Part shown: positions 51,337 through 64,000 of the stretch, piece by piece
Layout: each line of letters opens with the position of its first letter
Position numbering within the stretch: position 1 is the stretch's first letter
Source of the DNA: Trueperaceae bacterium
GTDB taxonomy: Bacteria; Deinococcota; Deinococci; Deinococcales; Trueperaceae
DNA: 64,000 bases
Assembly: GCA_034521815.1 (NCBI GenBank)
Contig: JAXHLW010000001.1
Coordinates: 192,001-256,000 of the forward strand
Direction of reading: 5' to 3'
Notes under the pieces: model-generated
The model's database searches: none
The model's input: only the letters and a program-made list of their open reading frames with translations
Told to the model about the DNA's origin: nothing
Program-made: the position numbers and the translations under genes

Positions 51337-53669
51337 CGCCACCCCCGAGCGACGTCGGCGACGGACGGCCGGCAGGACGCCCTTCCGCGCCGAGCGACGC
51401 GGGAGCGCCGGGAGCGCCGGGAGCGTCAGGACCGACACCGACGATCCGCGCCCGCGCCCGAGAGCTTCTTCAGCAGGTCTGGGGCTATCAGGACTTTCTA
51501 GGTCTGCAAGGCGACGTGATCGAGCACGTCGCTGCGGGCGGCGACGCGCTGGTGCTGATGCCGACCGGCGGAGGCAAGTCGATCTGCTACCAGCTTCCGG
51601 CCCTGTTGCGCGACGGGGTCGCCGTCGTCGTCTCGCCCCTCATCGCGCTGATGCAGGATCAGGTCGTCGCGCTGCGGAACGTCGGCGTGCGCGCCGCGTT
51701 CCTGAACTCGTCGCTGGAGCCCGCTGCCCGACGGGAGGTCGAGGCGGACCTCGAGGCGGGCCGGCTCGACCTCCTGTACGTCGCGCCCGAGCGCCTCGTG
51801 ACGGCCGACTTCCTCCGCCGGCTCGAGCGGGTGCCCCTGGCCCTGTTCGCGATCGACGAGGCGCACTGCGTCTCGCAGTGGGGGCACGACTTCCGGCCCG
51901 AGTACATCGCTCTGGACGTGCTGGCCGAGCGCTTCCCGAACGTCCCGCGCATCGCGCTGACCGCCACGGCCGACGCGGTGACCCGCCGCGAGATGGCCCA
52001 GCGGCTACGCCTCGAGGATGCGCGCCGCTACACCAGCAGCTTCGACCGGCCGAACATCCGCTACACCGTCGTCGACAAACAGAACGCCCGCCAGCAGCTC
52101 CTGCGGTTCTATCGCGACCGGCACCAGGGCGACGCCGGGATCGTCTACTGCCTGTCGCGGAAATCGGTCGACTCGACCGCGCAGTGGCTCCGCCGGGAGG
52201 GCGTCGACGCGGTCGCGTACCATGCCGGCCTCGATCGCGAGACGCGCGCCGCGCACCAGGAGCGGTTCCTTCGCGAGGACGGCGTGGTCGTCGTGGCCAC
52301 CATCGCGTTCGGAATGGGGATCGACAAGCCGGACGTCCGGTTCGTGGCGCACCTCGACCTGCCCAAGAGCCTCGAGGGGTACTACCAGGAGACCGGGCGG
52401 GCGGGGCGTGACGGCGATCCGGCCGACGCGTTCCTGACCTACGGCCTCCAGGACGTGGTGCAGGTTCGGCGTCTGCTCGCGTCCAGCGACGGCGGCGAAG
52501 AACATGCACGGGTCACGCAGCAGCGGCTCGAGGCGCTGCTGGGCTTCTGCGAGACGGCCGGGTGCCGCCGCCAGGTGCTGCTGCGCTACTTCGGCGAGAC
52601 GCTGGAGGAGCGCTGCGGGAACTGCGACACCTGCCTCACGCCGGTCCGTACCTTCGACGGCACCGTCGCCGCGCAGAAGCTGCTCTCGACCGTCGTCCGA
52701 ACCGGCCAGCGCTTCGGCGCGGGGCACCTCACCGACGTGCTGCTGGGCAAGCGCACCAAGCGCGTCGAGGCGCTCGGCCACGCCGAGCTCAGTACCTTCG
52801 GCATCGGCACCGAGCTGGACGAGAAGGGCTGGCGGTCGGTGGCTCGCCAGCTGGTGGCCGGCGGCCAGCTGGTGACCGACGCGGAGGGGCACGGCTCGCT
52901 GCGCGTCGGTCCCGTCGCCGGTCCGGTGCTGCGCGGCGAGACCGCCGTGGAGCTGCGCGAGGACCGGACCCCGGTCGGCGTCAAGGGGCGCGGTGCGCCG
53001 AAGCGGCGCCGCAGCGTCGACGAGCTCCCAGGCGACGCTCGCGAGCGGTTCGAGGCGTTGCGCGCCGTCCGTGCCGAGATCGCGCGCGAGTCCGGCGTAC
53101 CGCCCTATGTCGTGTTCCACGACGCCACGCTCCGCGAGATGGCGGAACGGGTGCCCCTCGACGCGGCAGGGCTGGGAACGGTCCAAGGGGTCGGCGCCAC
53201 CAAGCTCGAGCGGTACGGCGACAGGTTCCTGGCGGTGCTCCGCGAGGTCGCGCCCGAGTCTCCGGTCGCCGCGCCCGTCCCCGCCCGCTCCACGTCGGTC
53301 CCCGCGCCCGCCGCCGGCACCGCGCCGCTGGCGTTCGACGCGACGCCGGACGAGGAAGGCGACACCGTCGAGCGCACCCGCGCGCTGATCCTCGACGGTT
53401 TCGCTCCGGAAGCGGTCGCCGCCGAGCGCAACCTCAAGCTGCGCACGGTCGAGCGGCACCTGGCCGAGCTGGTCGCCCGGGGCGACCTGACGGTGCAGGA
53501 GGCGACCGGCCTCGATGCGGCGAGGATCGCCGAGATCGAGGCGGCGGCCGTGGCCCTGCCGGACGAGGTGCGCGGACGCCTGCGGCCGCTGCGCGACGCC
53601 CTCGGCGGACGCTACGAGTACGGCGTGCTGCGCTGCGTGCTCAGCGGTCTGGACCCCGCCGGCCCGTGA
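51333..53669 (+). CDS. recQ: ATP-dependent DNA helicase RecQ (RQC, one HRDC, C-terminal HTH)
   Basis: [47 protein letters not shown]...[17 protein letters not shown]. Confidence 0.96.
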   Translation: MTPPPSDVGDGRPAGRPSAPSDAGAPGAPGASGPTPTIRARARELLQQVWGYQDFLGLQGDVIEHVAAGGDALVLMPTGGGKSICYQLPALLRDGVAVVVSPLIALMQDQVVALRNVGVRAAFLNSSLEPAARREVEADLEAGRLDLLYVAPERLVTADFLRRLERVPLALFAIDEAHCVSQWGHDFRPEYIALDVLAERFPNVPRIALTATADAVTRREMAQRLRLEDARRYTSSFDRPNIRYTVVDKQNARQQLLRFYRDRHQGDAGIVYCLSRKSVDSTAQWLRREGVDAVAYHAGLDRETRAAHQERFLREDGVVVVATIAFGMGIDKPDVRFVAHLDLPKSLEGYYQETGRAGRDGDPADAFLTYGLQDVVQVRRLLASSDGGEEHARVTQQRLEALLGFCETAGCRRQVLLRYFGETLEERCGNCDTCLTPVRTFDGTVAAQKLLSTVVRTGQRFGAGHLTDVLLGKRTKRVEALGHAELSTFGIGTELDEKGWRSVARQLVAGGQLVTDAEGHGSLRVGPVAGPVLRGETAVELREDRTPVGVKGRGAPKRRRSVDELPGDARERFEALRAVRAEIARESGVPPYVVFHDATLREMAERVPLDAAGLGTVQGVGATKLERYGDRFLAVLREVAPESPVAAPVPARSTSVPAPAAGTAPLAFDATPDEEGDTVERTRALILDGFAPEAVAAERNLKLRTVERHLAELVARGDLTVQEATGLDAARIAEIEAAAVALPDEVRGRLRPLRDALGGRYEYGVLRCVLSGLDPAGP

Positions 53670-53679
53670 GGCCAGCCGG

Positions 53680-54867
53680 TCAGAAGCGGACGGCGATCCC
53701 CGCCGCCACCGTCGGGTAGAGCCGGCCGTACGCGTAGCCCGGCGCGCCCGCCGGCTCGTTCGCGTAGGAATCCACCATCCCCTCGACGAAGGCGGAAGTC
53801 GGACCGAACAGGCCGATCTCGAGTCCCAGCAAGCCGCTGGCGAACGCCCCTTCGGCCGCCTGGCCGGCGCCGGCGGCGTCGACCTGGACCCCGCCGCCGA
53901 GTCCCAGGTAGCCGCGGACGCGGCCGTCGCCGAGGGGCATGCGGTGGGTCAGGTGGGCCGCGACCGAGATGGCGCGGGCGTCGTTCGGGCTCTGCCGGCC
54001 GTAGTCGATCGTGGCGCGAAGGCCGATCGGTCCGAGCAGGTCGTCGTAGCCGGCGACCAGGCGGAGCGGGACGCGATCGTTCGACTCGCTCACGGCGGCG
54101 AAGCCGAGGTAGAACGGGGAACGCTCCGCCAGCGGAGTGGCGGACCCCGTGCCGGTCCGTTCGTCGCCGGCGTCGGGCGTCGGCTCGAAAAGCGGCTCTT
54201 CCCGCGTCCCGACACCTGGCATGGCCGCCCGTCCAGGTTCCTGGACCGGTCCGGCGGCGCCCTCACCGGGAGCGCCGTCACCGGGAGCGCTCTCACCCGC
54301 GGCTCCGGCCGGACCTCGCGGCCCCACCGGCCCTTTGGTACTGGGAGCTCCCGTGCCGGGAGAACCTTCCGGTCCCCGCGTCCCGACCGGCCCGGATGCC
54401 GGCTGGACCTCGGCCAGCGCCTCGCGGAGACGTTCGACCTCGGCGCTCAGCGATTCCACCCGGCGCTCCAGCTGTGCGACGCGGACCGGGGCGGTCTCGC
54501 CCGTGTCGCCGGTCTCGAGCGCCGACACGCGCGCCCTGAGCGCGCTCAGCTCGCCATCGAGCCGGGCTACGGCGTCGCGCAGCACGTCGATGTCGTCGTC
54601 GGCGAAGGCGGCCATGGCGCCGATGTTCCGGTCGATCACGTCCAGGAGCCGGCCGACGACGACAGCGGCTTGGTAGCGCGTGAATGCGTCGTCGCCCAGG
54701 AAGGTGCCGTCGGGATGCCCGATGACGATGCCGAGGTCGGCGATCCGGTCGACGGCGTCCGCGGCCCAGTGTCCTTCCGGGACGTCGATGAACGAGGGCT
54801 GCGCGAAAACGCCGCCGGTGCTCGCCAGCAGCGCGAGGAGGAGAAGATGGAGGGTTCGGCGTCGCAT
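53680..54867 (-). CDS. SLH-domain outer-membrane protein, paralogue 2 (degenerate collagen-like linker)
   Basis: Signal peptide, FIDVPEGHWA...IGHPDGTF...TRYQAA (SLH), coiled coil, broken G-X-Y runs, beta-strand C-terminus ending RF. Confidence 0.85.
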   Translation of the reverse strand: MRRRTLHLLLLALLASTGGVFAQPSFIDVPEGHWAADAVDRIADLGIVIGHPDGTFLGDDAFTRYQAAVVVGRLLDVIDRNIGAMAAFADDDIDVLRDAVARLDGELSALRARVSALETGDTGETAPVRVAQLERRVESLSAEVERLREALAEVQPASGPVGTRGPEGSPGTGAPSTKGPVGPRGPAGAAGESAPGDGAPGEGAAGPVQEPGRAAMPGVGTREEPLFEPTPDAGDERTGTGSATPLAERSPFYLGFAAVSESNDRVPLRLVAGYDDLLGPIGLRATIDYGRQSPNDARAISVAAHLTHRMPLGDGRVRGYLGLGGGVQVDAAGAGQAAEGAFASGLLGLEIGLFGPTSAFVEGMVDSYANEPAGAPGYAYGRLYPTVAAGIAVRF

Positions 54868-55084
54868 GGGTGCTTCCTCTCGGGTCGTCCGGATCGGCCA
54901 GAACCGGTGCGGAAAGGGCGCCGCCCGCCTGGGCGGCATCTCGCTCTCGGGCTCCCTCACTCTAGTGCCCCGCTGCGCGCCCGGCCGCTCGGTCGACACC
55001 GCCGCGGGCGTGCTGGCCGGGTGGCGCGCGGCGGTGGGCGGCGCACGCGGTGGGCGACAGGGCGCGAGTGAACGCGGTGCAGCA

Positions 55085-55156
55085 CGCGTCGGCCCCGGAC
55101 GGATGCCCGGGGCCGACGCGATCGAGTTCGGGCCGGACCCGAAAGGTCCGGCCGAA
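55085..55156. terminator. Two strong GC hairpins between the SLH paralogues
   Basis: CGCGTCGGCCCCGG/CCGGGGCCGACGCG (14-bp stem, 55085-55120) and GCCGGACC-CGAAA-GGTCCGGC. No clear U-tract. Confidence 0.55.
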
Positions 55157-55162
55157 GCGGGT

Positions 55163-56317
55163 CTAGAAGCGGAAGGCGACGCCGACGGCGACGGTCGGGT
55201 AGAGCTGCTCGTAGGCGTAGTCGGGCGAGCCGGCCGGGGGCGCGGTGAAGTAGTAGTCGACCATGCCCTCGACGAACAGCGAGGTGCTCCCGAAGAGGCC
55301 GTAGTCGACGCCCAGCAGACCGCCGGCGAACAGTCCTTCGGCCGCTTGGCCGGAGTTGGCCATGTCGACCTGGTACCCGGCGCCAGCACCGACGTAGGTG
55401 CCCAGGCGACCGAGGTCCAGCCGGTAGGTGAGGTGGGCGGCGGCGGCGATCGACGCGGCGTCGATCGGGCTCTGGCGACCGTAGTCGAACGTGGCGCGCA
55501 AGCCGATCGGGCCGAGCAGGTCGTCGTAGCCGACGATCAGGCGTGCCGGGACGCGGTCGTTGAGCTCGCTCACGGCGGCGAGGCCGATGTAGAGCGGCGA
55601 GCGCGCGTCGCGTGGCGCGGCCATGGGCTCACGGTCCTCGACCTCGGGCTCGACCTCGGCCTCGGCCGGCTCGAGATCGGTGGGCGGGGCGGCGGCGGGC
55701 TCGCCGGCGGGTCCCTGCGGTCCGGTCGGACCCATCGGGCCTTCAGGCCCGGTCGGTCCCTGCGGACCTTCCGGTCCCTGCGGTCCGGTCGGACCCATCG
55801 GGCCTTCGGGGCCCTGCGGTCCGGTCGGACCCATCGGGCCTTCGGGGCCCTGCGGACCGGGGGTGGTCTCGACGTCGTCGAGCGCAGCGCGCAGGCTGTC
55901 GACCTCCGCGCGCAGCGACTCGACCTGACGCTCGAGCTCGTTGACGCGGGAGACGCCCATATCGGCGCTCTCGAGCGACGCGACGCGCGCGTCGATCTCG
56001 GCGAGCTCGTCGGCGAACCCGTTCATGACGTCGCGGAGCAGGGCGATGTCGTCGTCCGTCATCGCGGCCATGGCGCCGATGTTCTGGTCGATCACGTCGA
56101 GGAGCCGGCTGACGACGAGGGCGGCCTGGTAGCGCGTGAACGCCTCGCTGCCGCGGAAGCTGCCGTCGGGATAGCCGATGACGATGCCGAGGTCGGCGAT
56201 GCGCTCGACCGCGTCGCCGGCCCAGTGACCGTCGGGCACGTCGACGAACGACGATTGCGCCATCGCGCCACCGCCGAGCGTCATCAGCGCGAGAAGTAGG
56301 AGGAGAGTTCGTTTCAT
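55163..56317 (-). CDS. SLH-domain outer-membrane protein with collagen triple-helix repeat, paralogue 1
   Basis: Signal peptide, SLH ([10 protein letters not shown]...GYPDGSF...TRYQAA), coiled coil, (G-X-Y)18, C-terminal amphipathic beta strands ending FRF. Confidence 0.88.
   Translation of the reverse strand: MKRTLLLLLALMTLGGGAMAQSSFVDVPDGHWAGDAVERIADLGIVIGYPDGSFRGSEAFTRYQAALVVSRLLDVIDQNIGAMAAMTDDDIALLRDVMNGFADELAEIDARVASLESADMGVSRVNELERQVESLRAEVDSLRAALDDVETTPGPQGPEGPMGPTGPQGPEGPMGPTGPQGPEGPQGPTGPEGPMGPTGPQGPAGEPAAAPPTDLEPAEAEVEPEVEDREPMAAPRDARSPLYIGLAAVSELNDRVPARLIVGYDDLLGPIGLRATFDYGRQSPIDAASIAAAAHLTYRLDLGRLGTYVGAGAGYQVDMANSGQAAEGLFAGGLLGVDYGLFGSTSLFVEGMVDYYFTAPPAGSPDYAYEQLYPTVAVGVAFRF
55697..55858 (-). 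repeat. Collagen-like (Gly-Pro-X)17 plus Gly-Glu-Pro repeat
   Basis: 18 uninterrupted triplets built largely from a 36-bp [12 protein letters not shown] unit. Confidence 0.95.
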
Positions 56318-56474
56318 CGTTTGCGTCCTTTCGAAAGGCCGTTCCCACATCGGTGGTCACGGGTCGGAAGCCACCCTCGCGGGAGCCACTCATCAGTCTA
56401 AGGCCCACTCGTGAGTACAGGGATTCATTCGTACATGCGCGTGCGGGACGCGCCCGGCCGACGTATCCTCGGGC

Positions 56475-57638
56475 ATGGCTTCTCCCTGGCGCCTCGTGCC
56501 CGTGGCCGAGATCGAGCCCGTTCAGCCGGCTGCCGATGCACGGGCACGCGGCTGGATCCGCGACCTCGCGGCGCGACTTCGCGGCGACCGGCACTCGCCG
56601 GTCGATCACACGCCGTCACGCGAGCGACTGGGCCCACTGGACGAGGCGCGCTTGTCGCGCCTGGTGCCGCCCCCACCGCTGCCCGCGCAGCGCGCGGCGT
56701 TCGACGCGCTGCGCGGCCGGGCCGACCGGGCGATCGTGCTCCGCCCGGACGACGGCGGCTGGGACGCGGTGCTGGACGGTCAGGGCGATGTCGCGGTCGA
56801 GCGATTGCAGTCCGCCCGACGCGCTACCAGCCCGGGTCGGGACTGCCGGACGCGACGCGCGAGCGCTTGGACGATCCGGCGCCGCTCCACGCGGTGCGAC
56901 TGGAGCGATGGGGCGTCCGACATCACGACGGTTTGGCGGCCTTGCGGGAGCTGCTGGCGCTGCTGGCCGACCGGTCGGGGCCGTGGAGCGCCGATCTCGG
57001 ACCGTGGGCGTGGGCGTGGATGCGGCACGTGCTCCCGGAGGCGCGAGGTCTGCCCTCGCCGGTCGCACCCGCGCCGCTGGACGGCGAGGCGTTGCACGAC
57101 TGGCTGGGCTATCACGACGCGTTGCGTCTGCGCGGGCGGGGCGGTGAGCCCGACGAGAGCACCTACCGTGCGCTGGCCAAGCGGTCGCGAGGCGAGGCCG
57201 GCGTCGCCTCGGCCGTTTGGCGATCGTGCTTGTGGGACGGCGCCGAGCGGCCTCTTCCGGACGAGGTAAGGACGCCGCCGAGAACGACCCGAAAAGACCG
57301 CCGAGAACGACCGCGAGGAGACCGCCGACGAGCCGTCCGAGCATGGCGCGGTCTGGGTGCGGCACCCCAGCGACCTGGACTTGCCGGGGTTGGCCACGGT
57401 GACGCGGCACGACCTGCTCTTGTTGCACGCGGTGCTGTTGCATGGGCGGCCGCCCTCGCGAACCGTGGCCCGCGCCGTCGACCGCGGGATCGCCGAGACC
57501 GAGGTGGCGCTGGCGACGCTGATCGGAAAGAGGCTGCTGGTGCGGGACGATGACGGCCGCATCCGGCCCGACGCGTTGGCGCTGCCGGCCATCCGAGCCC
57601 GGCTGGAGTCCGAGGCGTTCGTGGGGCTCGTGCCGTGA
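56475..57638 (+). pseudogene. Frameshifted hypothetical gene translationally coupled to mscS (or sequence errors)
   Basis: Protein-like sequence moves from the 56475 frame (MASPWRLVP...) to the 56411 frame (LERWGVRHHDGL...WAWAWM...) near 56810, then back to the 57357 frame (VWVRHP...HAVLLHG...) near 57265-57295. The final stop overlaps the mscS GTG. Confidence 0.6.
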
Positions 57639-58459
57639 ACGACGCCTCGAGCGCTTTCCTCGAGATCCTGAGGGACGTCTCGCAGATCCCCTGGCTGCGC
57701 ATCGCGATCATCGCGGTGGGTGCCTGGCTGCTGGTGCGGCTCCTGACGTGGGCGCTGCCCCGGGCGGCCGAGGCTCTGCCGGCCGGGGTTCGCGTCCGGC
57801 TTCTGCCGCTCGTGCCGGCGCTGCGGCTGGCGATCACGGTGATCGCGATCGTTTGGATCGTACCGCTGGTGATCTCGCCCACGCCTCAGAACCTGATCGC
57901 CGTGCTGGGCGCGCTGGGCATCGCGCTGGGCTTCGCCGTGAAGGACTACGTCGCCAGCCTGGTCGCCGGCGTGGTCGCGGTGTACGAGCGCCCCTATCGC
58001 CAGGGAGATTGGGTCCGGATCCGCGAGGTGTACGGCGAGGTCCGCTCGGTCGGGCTGCGGGCGCTGGAGCTGGTCACGCCCGAGGACGACGTGGTGACGT
58101 TTCCGCACGCCGTGCTCTGGACCGAGGGCGTCTCCAACGCCAACGACGGCGCTCGCACCTTGCAGGTGGTGGCGACGCTGTGGCTCGAGCCGGATCACGA
58201 CGCCGCCCGCATGCGCGACCGCCTGCGCGAGGTGGCGTGGACCAGCCCGTGGCTGGACGTGACGCGCTACGTCGAGGTGATCGTGCGCGAGGAGCCGTGG
58301 GGCACCCGCTACGACGTGAAGGCCTACCCGCTGGAGGCGCGCGATCAGTTCCGGTTCCTGAGCGACCTCACGGTCCGTGCCAAGGACGTGGTCAGGGCGG
58401 AGGGCGCACGGTACGCCGTAGCGCCGCCCGCGCCGGAGCGGCGCCAACCCAGGCGGTGA
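57635..58459 (+). CDS. MscS-family mechanosensitive channel (second copy)
   Basis: Three TM helices, ALGFAVKD, ERPYRQGDWV, YGEV..VGLR, TPED. Confidence 0.88.
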   Translation: MNDASSAFLEILRDVSQIPWLRIAIIAVGAWLLVRLLTWALPRAAEALPAGVRVRLLPLVPALRLAITVIAIVWIVPLVISPTPQNLIAVLGALGIALGFAVKDYVASLVAGVVAVYERPYRQGDWVRIREVYGEVRSVGLRALELVTPEDDVVTFPHAVLWTEGVSNANDGARTLQVVATLWLEPDHDAARMRDRLREVAWTSPWLDVTRYVEVIVREEPWGTRYDVKAYPLEARDQFRFLSDLTVRAKDVVRAEGARYAVAPPAPERRQPRR

Positions 58460-58480
58460 CGAGCGCGTCACCCGCCGGGC

Positions 58481-60427
58481 TCAGCGAACCTCGCTCCCGC
58501 TGGGGAGGTCGCGATCGAGCGTCGCGAGCGACAGCGCTCCGTCGGCGTCCTCGGCCGCGAGGATCATGCCCTGCGACTCGATGCCCCGAAGCTTCACGGG
58601 CGCGAGGTTGCACACCACGATCACCTTCTTGCCGACCAGCGCGCCGGCGTCGTAGTGCTCCTTGATGCCCGACACGACGGTCCGCGTCTCGGGGCCCACC
58701 GCCAGGGTGAGCACCAACAGGCGGTCGGCCTTGGGATGGGCCTCGGCCGCGACGACCTCCCCGACGCGGAGCTCCAGCGCGGCGAAGTCGTCGATCCCGA
58801 TCTCGTCCTTGTGGACCAGGGGGGGCGCTTCGCGACCGGCCGGCTCGCTCTCGGGCGGGGCGTCGAGCGACGCCCGCAGCGCGTCCAGGTCCACGCGCGG
58901 GAACAGCGGGTCGCCCGGAGCGGTCTTGGTGCCTTCGGGCAGGCCGTCCCAGCGTGCGGCGGCGTCCAGCGTCACCTCTCCGTGGGCGCCCAGCTGCGCG
59001 CGGAGCTCCGCCATCTTGCCCGGCATGACGGGCTCCAGCAGCACCGAGGCGCAGCGCAACGCCTCTAGACAGCTGCGCAGCACCGTGTCCAGCCGTCCCG
59101 ACGCGGCCGGATCCTTGGCCAGCTCCCACGGTTTCATGTCGGTGACGTACTTGTTGGCCTTGCCGACCGCCTCGAGGATCGAGGCGAGCGCGCGGTCGAA
59201 CTGCAGCTCGTCCACCTGCGCGCGGACGCGGCCCGGGAGCGCCATGAACGCGGCCTTCAGCGCTTCGCTGGCGTCGTCCGCCGGGCCGAAGGCGGGAACG
59301 ACGCCGCCCCGGTACTTGCCCAGCATCCCCAGCGTGCGGTTGAGCAGGTTGCCGAGGTCGTTGGCCAGGTCCGAGTTGATCCGCTCGGCCAGCCCCAGCT
59401 CGTGGAACGAGGCGTCCAGGCCGAAGCTCATGTCGCGCATCAGGAAGTAGCGGAACGCGTCGTTCCCATACCGCTCCTGCAGATCCAGCGGGCGCACCAC
59501 GTTGCCCAGCGACTTGCTCATCTTGCGGTCCTGGGTGAGCCAGTAGCCGTGCACGTTCAGGTGCCGGAAGAGCGGAATGCCGGCGGCCTTGAGCATGGTG
59601 GGCCAGAACACGCCGTGCGGCTTGACGATGTCCTTGGCGATGAAGTGCTCGGCGGCCGGCCAGTAGCGATCCTCGAGGCCCTGGCTGACGAGCTCGGACC
59701 AGTAGTTGATCAGCGCGTCGAACCAGACGTAGGTGACGTGATCCTCGTCCCAGGGGAGAGGAATGCCCCACGGCACGCGCTCGCGCGGCCGGCTGATCGA
59801 CAGGTCGCCGATCGGCTCGCGCAGCATCGCGAGGACCTCCTTGCGGTAGCCCTCGGGCCGGATCAGATCGGGGTTCGTCTCGAGGCGCTCCTTCAGCCAG
59901 GGTCGGTACTTCTCCATCCGGAAGAAGTAGTTCGCCTCGCTGCGGTATTCGGGCTCGATCTCGTGCTGGGGGCAGAGGCCGCCGTCGAGCTCCTTCTCGG
60001 TGTAGTACCTCTCGCACTTGACGCAGTACAGCCCGCCGTACTCGCCGTAGATGATGTCGCCCTGGTCGTACACCCGCTGCAGGACGTCGCGGACGACCTT
60101 CTTGTGACGCTCCTCGGTGGTCCGGATGAACGCGTCGTAGCGGATGTCGAGCCGGTCCCAGGTATCGCGGAACAGGCCGGCCACCCGGTCGGTGTACGCC
60201 TGGGGGGTCATCCCGTGGGCCTCGGCCGCCTTCTGGATGTTCTCGCCGTGCTCGTCGGTGCCGGTCAGGAAGCGGACGTCGTCGCCTGCGAGGCGGTGGT
60301 AGCGGGTGGCGACGTCGACGAGGATCGTCGTGTAGGCGTGGCCGATGTGGGGCTCGGCGTTGACGTAGAAGATCGGCGTGGTGGCGTAGTACACGCCGGG
60401 CGAGTCCGTGTTCTGCGGTGTGGCCAT
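58481..60427 (-). CDS. metG: Methionyl-tRNA synthetase with C-terminal tRNA-binding domain
   Basis: HIGH, TGTDEHG, YVWFDAL.NY, KMSKS, DLANDLGNL..R, C-terminal LRVGEV...HPKADRL. RBS GGAGG. Confidence 0.97.
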   Translation of the reverse strand: MATPQNTDSPGVYYATTPIFYVNAEPHIGHAYTTILVDVATRYHRLAGDDVRFLTGTDEHGENIQKAAEAHGMTPQAYTDRVAGLFRDTWDRLDIRYDAFIRTTEERHKKVVRDVLQRVYDQGDIIYGEYGGLYCVKCERYYTEKELDGGLCPQHEIEPEYRSEANYFFRMEKYRPWLKERLETNPDLIRPEGYRKEVLAMLREPIGDLSISRPRERVPWGIPLPWDEDHVTYVWFDALINYWSELVSQGLEDRYWPAAEHFIAKDIVKPHGVFWPTMLKAAGIPLFRHLNVHGYWLTQDRKMSKSLGNVVRPLDLQERYGNDAFRYFLMRDMSFGLDASFHELGLAERINSDLANDLGNLLNRTLGMLGKYRGGVVPAFGPADDASEALKAAFMALPGRVRAQVDELQFDRALASILEAVGKANKYVTDMKPWELAKDPAASGRLDTVLRSCLEALRCASVLLEPVMPGKMAELRAQLGAHGEVTLDAAARWDGLPEGTKTAPGDPLFPRVDLDALRASLDAPPESEPAGREAPPLVHKDEIGIDDFAALELRVGEVVAAEAHPKADRLLVLTLAVGPETRTVVSGIKEHYDAGALVGKKVIVVCNLAPVKLRGIESQGMILAAEDADGALSLATLDRDLPSGSEVR

Positions 60428-60706
60428 GAGTCCTCCTGGTGCGGCGCCGTCGGTGAGGCGAGAGGCCGTCGCGCCTACGTGGCGGCGGGCGTGCGTGTGG
60501 TCCGCCGATCGGGCTGCGCCCACGTCGCCGAGCACGCGAAGCGTAGCAGATGAGCGTCGTCCAGGCGCTGCGTTCGCTGACGCCGGCGTGAGCCCGCGTC
60601 GCGCCGCCGCCGGATCGAACCGCGATCGAACCGCGATCGATGCCGGATCGCCGTCGGAGCGCGATCGGAGCATCCGGGCGCCCGAGTCGCGTGCGACAAT
60701 GCGCGC

Positions 60707-63867
<3,161 letters not shown>

Positions 63868-63948
63868 GGCTGGTGCCCGCGTCCGCCCACGGGCGGCACG
63901 GTTCTCGGCGGTAAGAGATCCGTTACCCGAAGCCGGTACCCTGACGTC

Positions 63949-64000
63949 GTGATGGACGAGTTCGTTCTGGACCCAGGCCACGACGCCCGCCCCGCTCCGC
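63949..64000 (+). CDS. Possible start of the next gene (truncated by window edge)
   Basis: -10-like TACCCT 6 nt before GTG ATG GAC GAG TTC...; open to the window end. Confidence 0.35.
   Translation, partial: MMDEFVLDPGHDARPAP

Noticed and set aside
55697-55858. 36-bp periodic repeat as a possible CRISPR array
   Set aside because: There are no unique spacers and no cas genes, and the repeat is in-frame collagen coding sequence.
56411-56440. GTAC-N12-GTAC in the AT-richer SLH gene promoter region
   Set aside because: Single weak occurrence that cannot be assigned to a regulator.

Overview
Very GC-rich, gene-dense chromosomal window, most likely from a Deinococcota bacterium, probably Trueperaceae-like. 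This is inferred from a two-OB-fold SSB, a DUF3208 protein, a c552-like cytochrome, SLH/beta-barrel envelope proteins, an archaeal-type ProRS and pervasive leaderless promoters. It is mostly core/housekeeping DNA: amtB (partial), G1P thymidylyltransferase, speA/aguAB polyamine genes, csaA, an ABC exporter, divergent nfo/nucS, an HD-GYP response regulator, ftsB-like, an acyl-CoA carboxyltransferase, two MscS, ssb, a patatin, an SF1 helicase, pepA, a caa3-type oxidase operon, comM/yifB, degV, asd, proB, hisZG, corA, peptidases, an FMN riboswitch with ribD-ribE-ribBA, recQ, metG and proS. I found no rRNA, tRNA, CRISPR array, transposase or phage gene. The most unusual items are: (1) tandem SLH-coiled coil-collagen-beta-barrel envelope tether paralogues; (2) oxidase subunit IV fused to a Thermus c552-like cytochrome; (3) a ParB/Srx-fold protein fused to tandem USP domains; (4) an orphan Bacteroidota-type gldC; (5) leaderless mini-ORFs coupled by GTGA overlaps to ftsB and hisZ; (6) a TGCACAnTGTGCA operator at the amtB promoter; (7) frameshifts in pepA and in a gene upstream of mscS. 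All family assignments come from motif recognition by eye; no searches were run.
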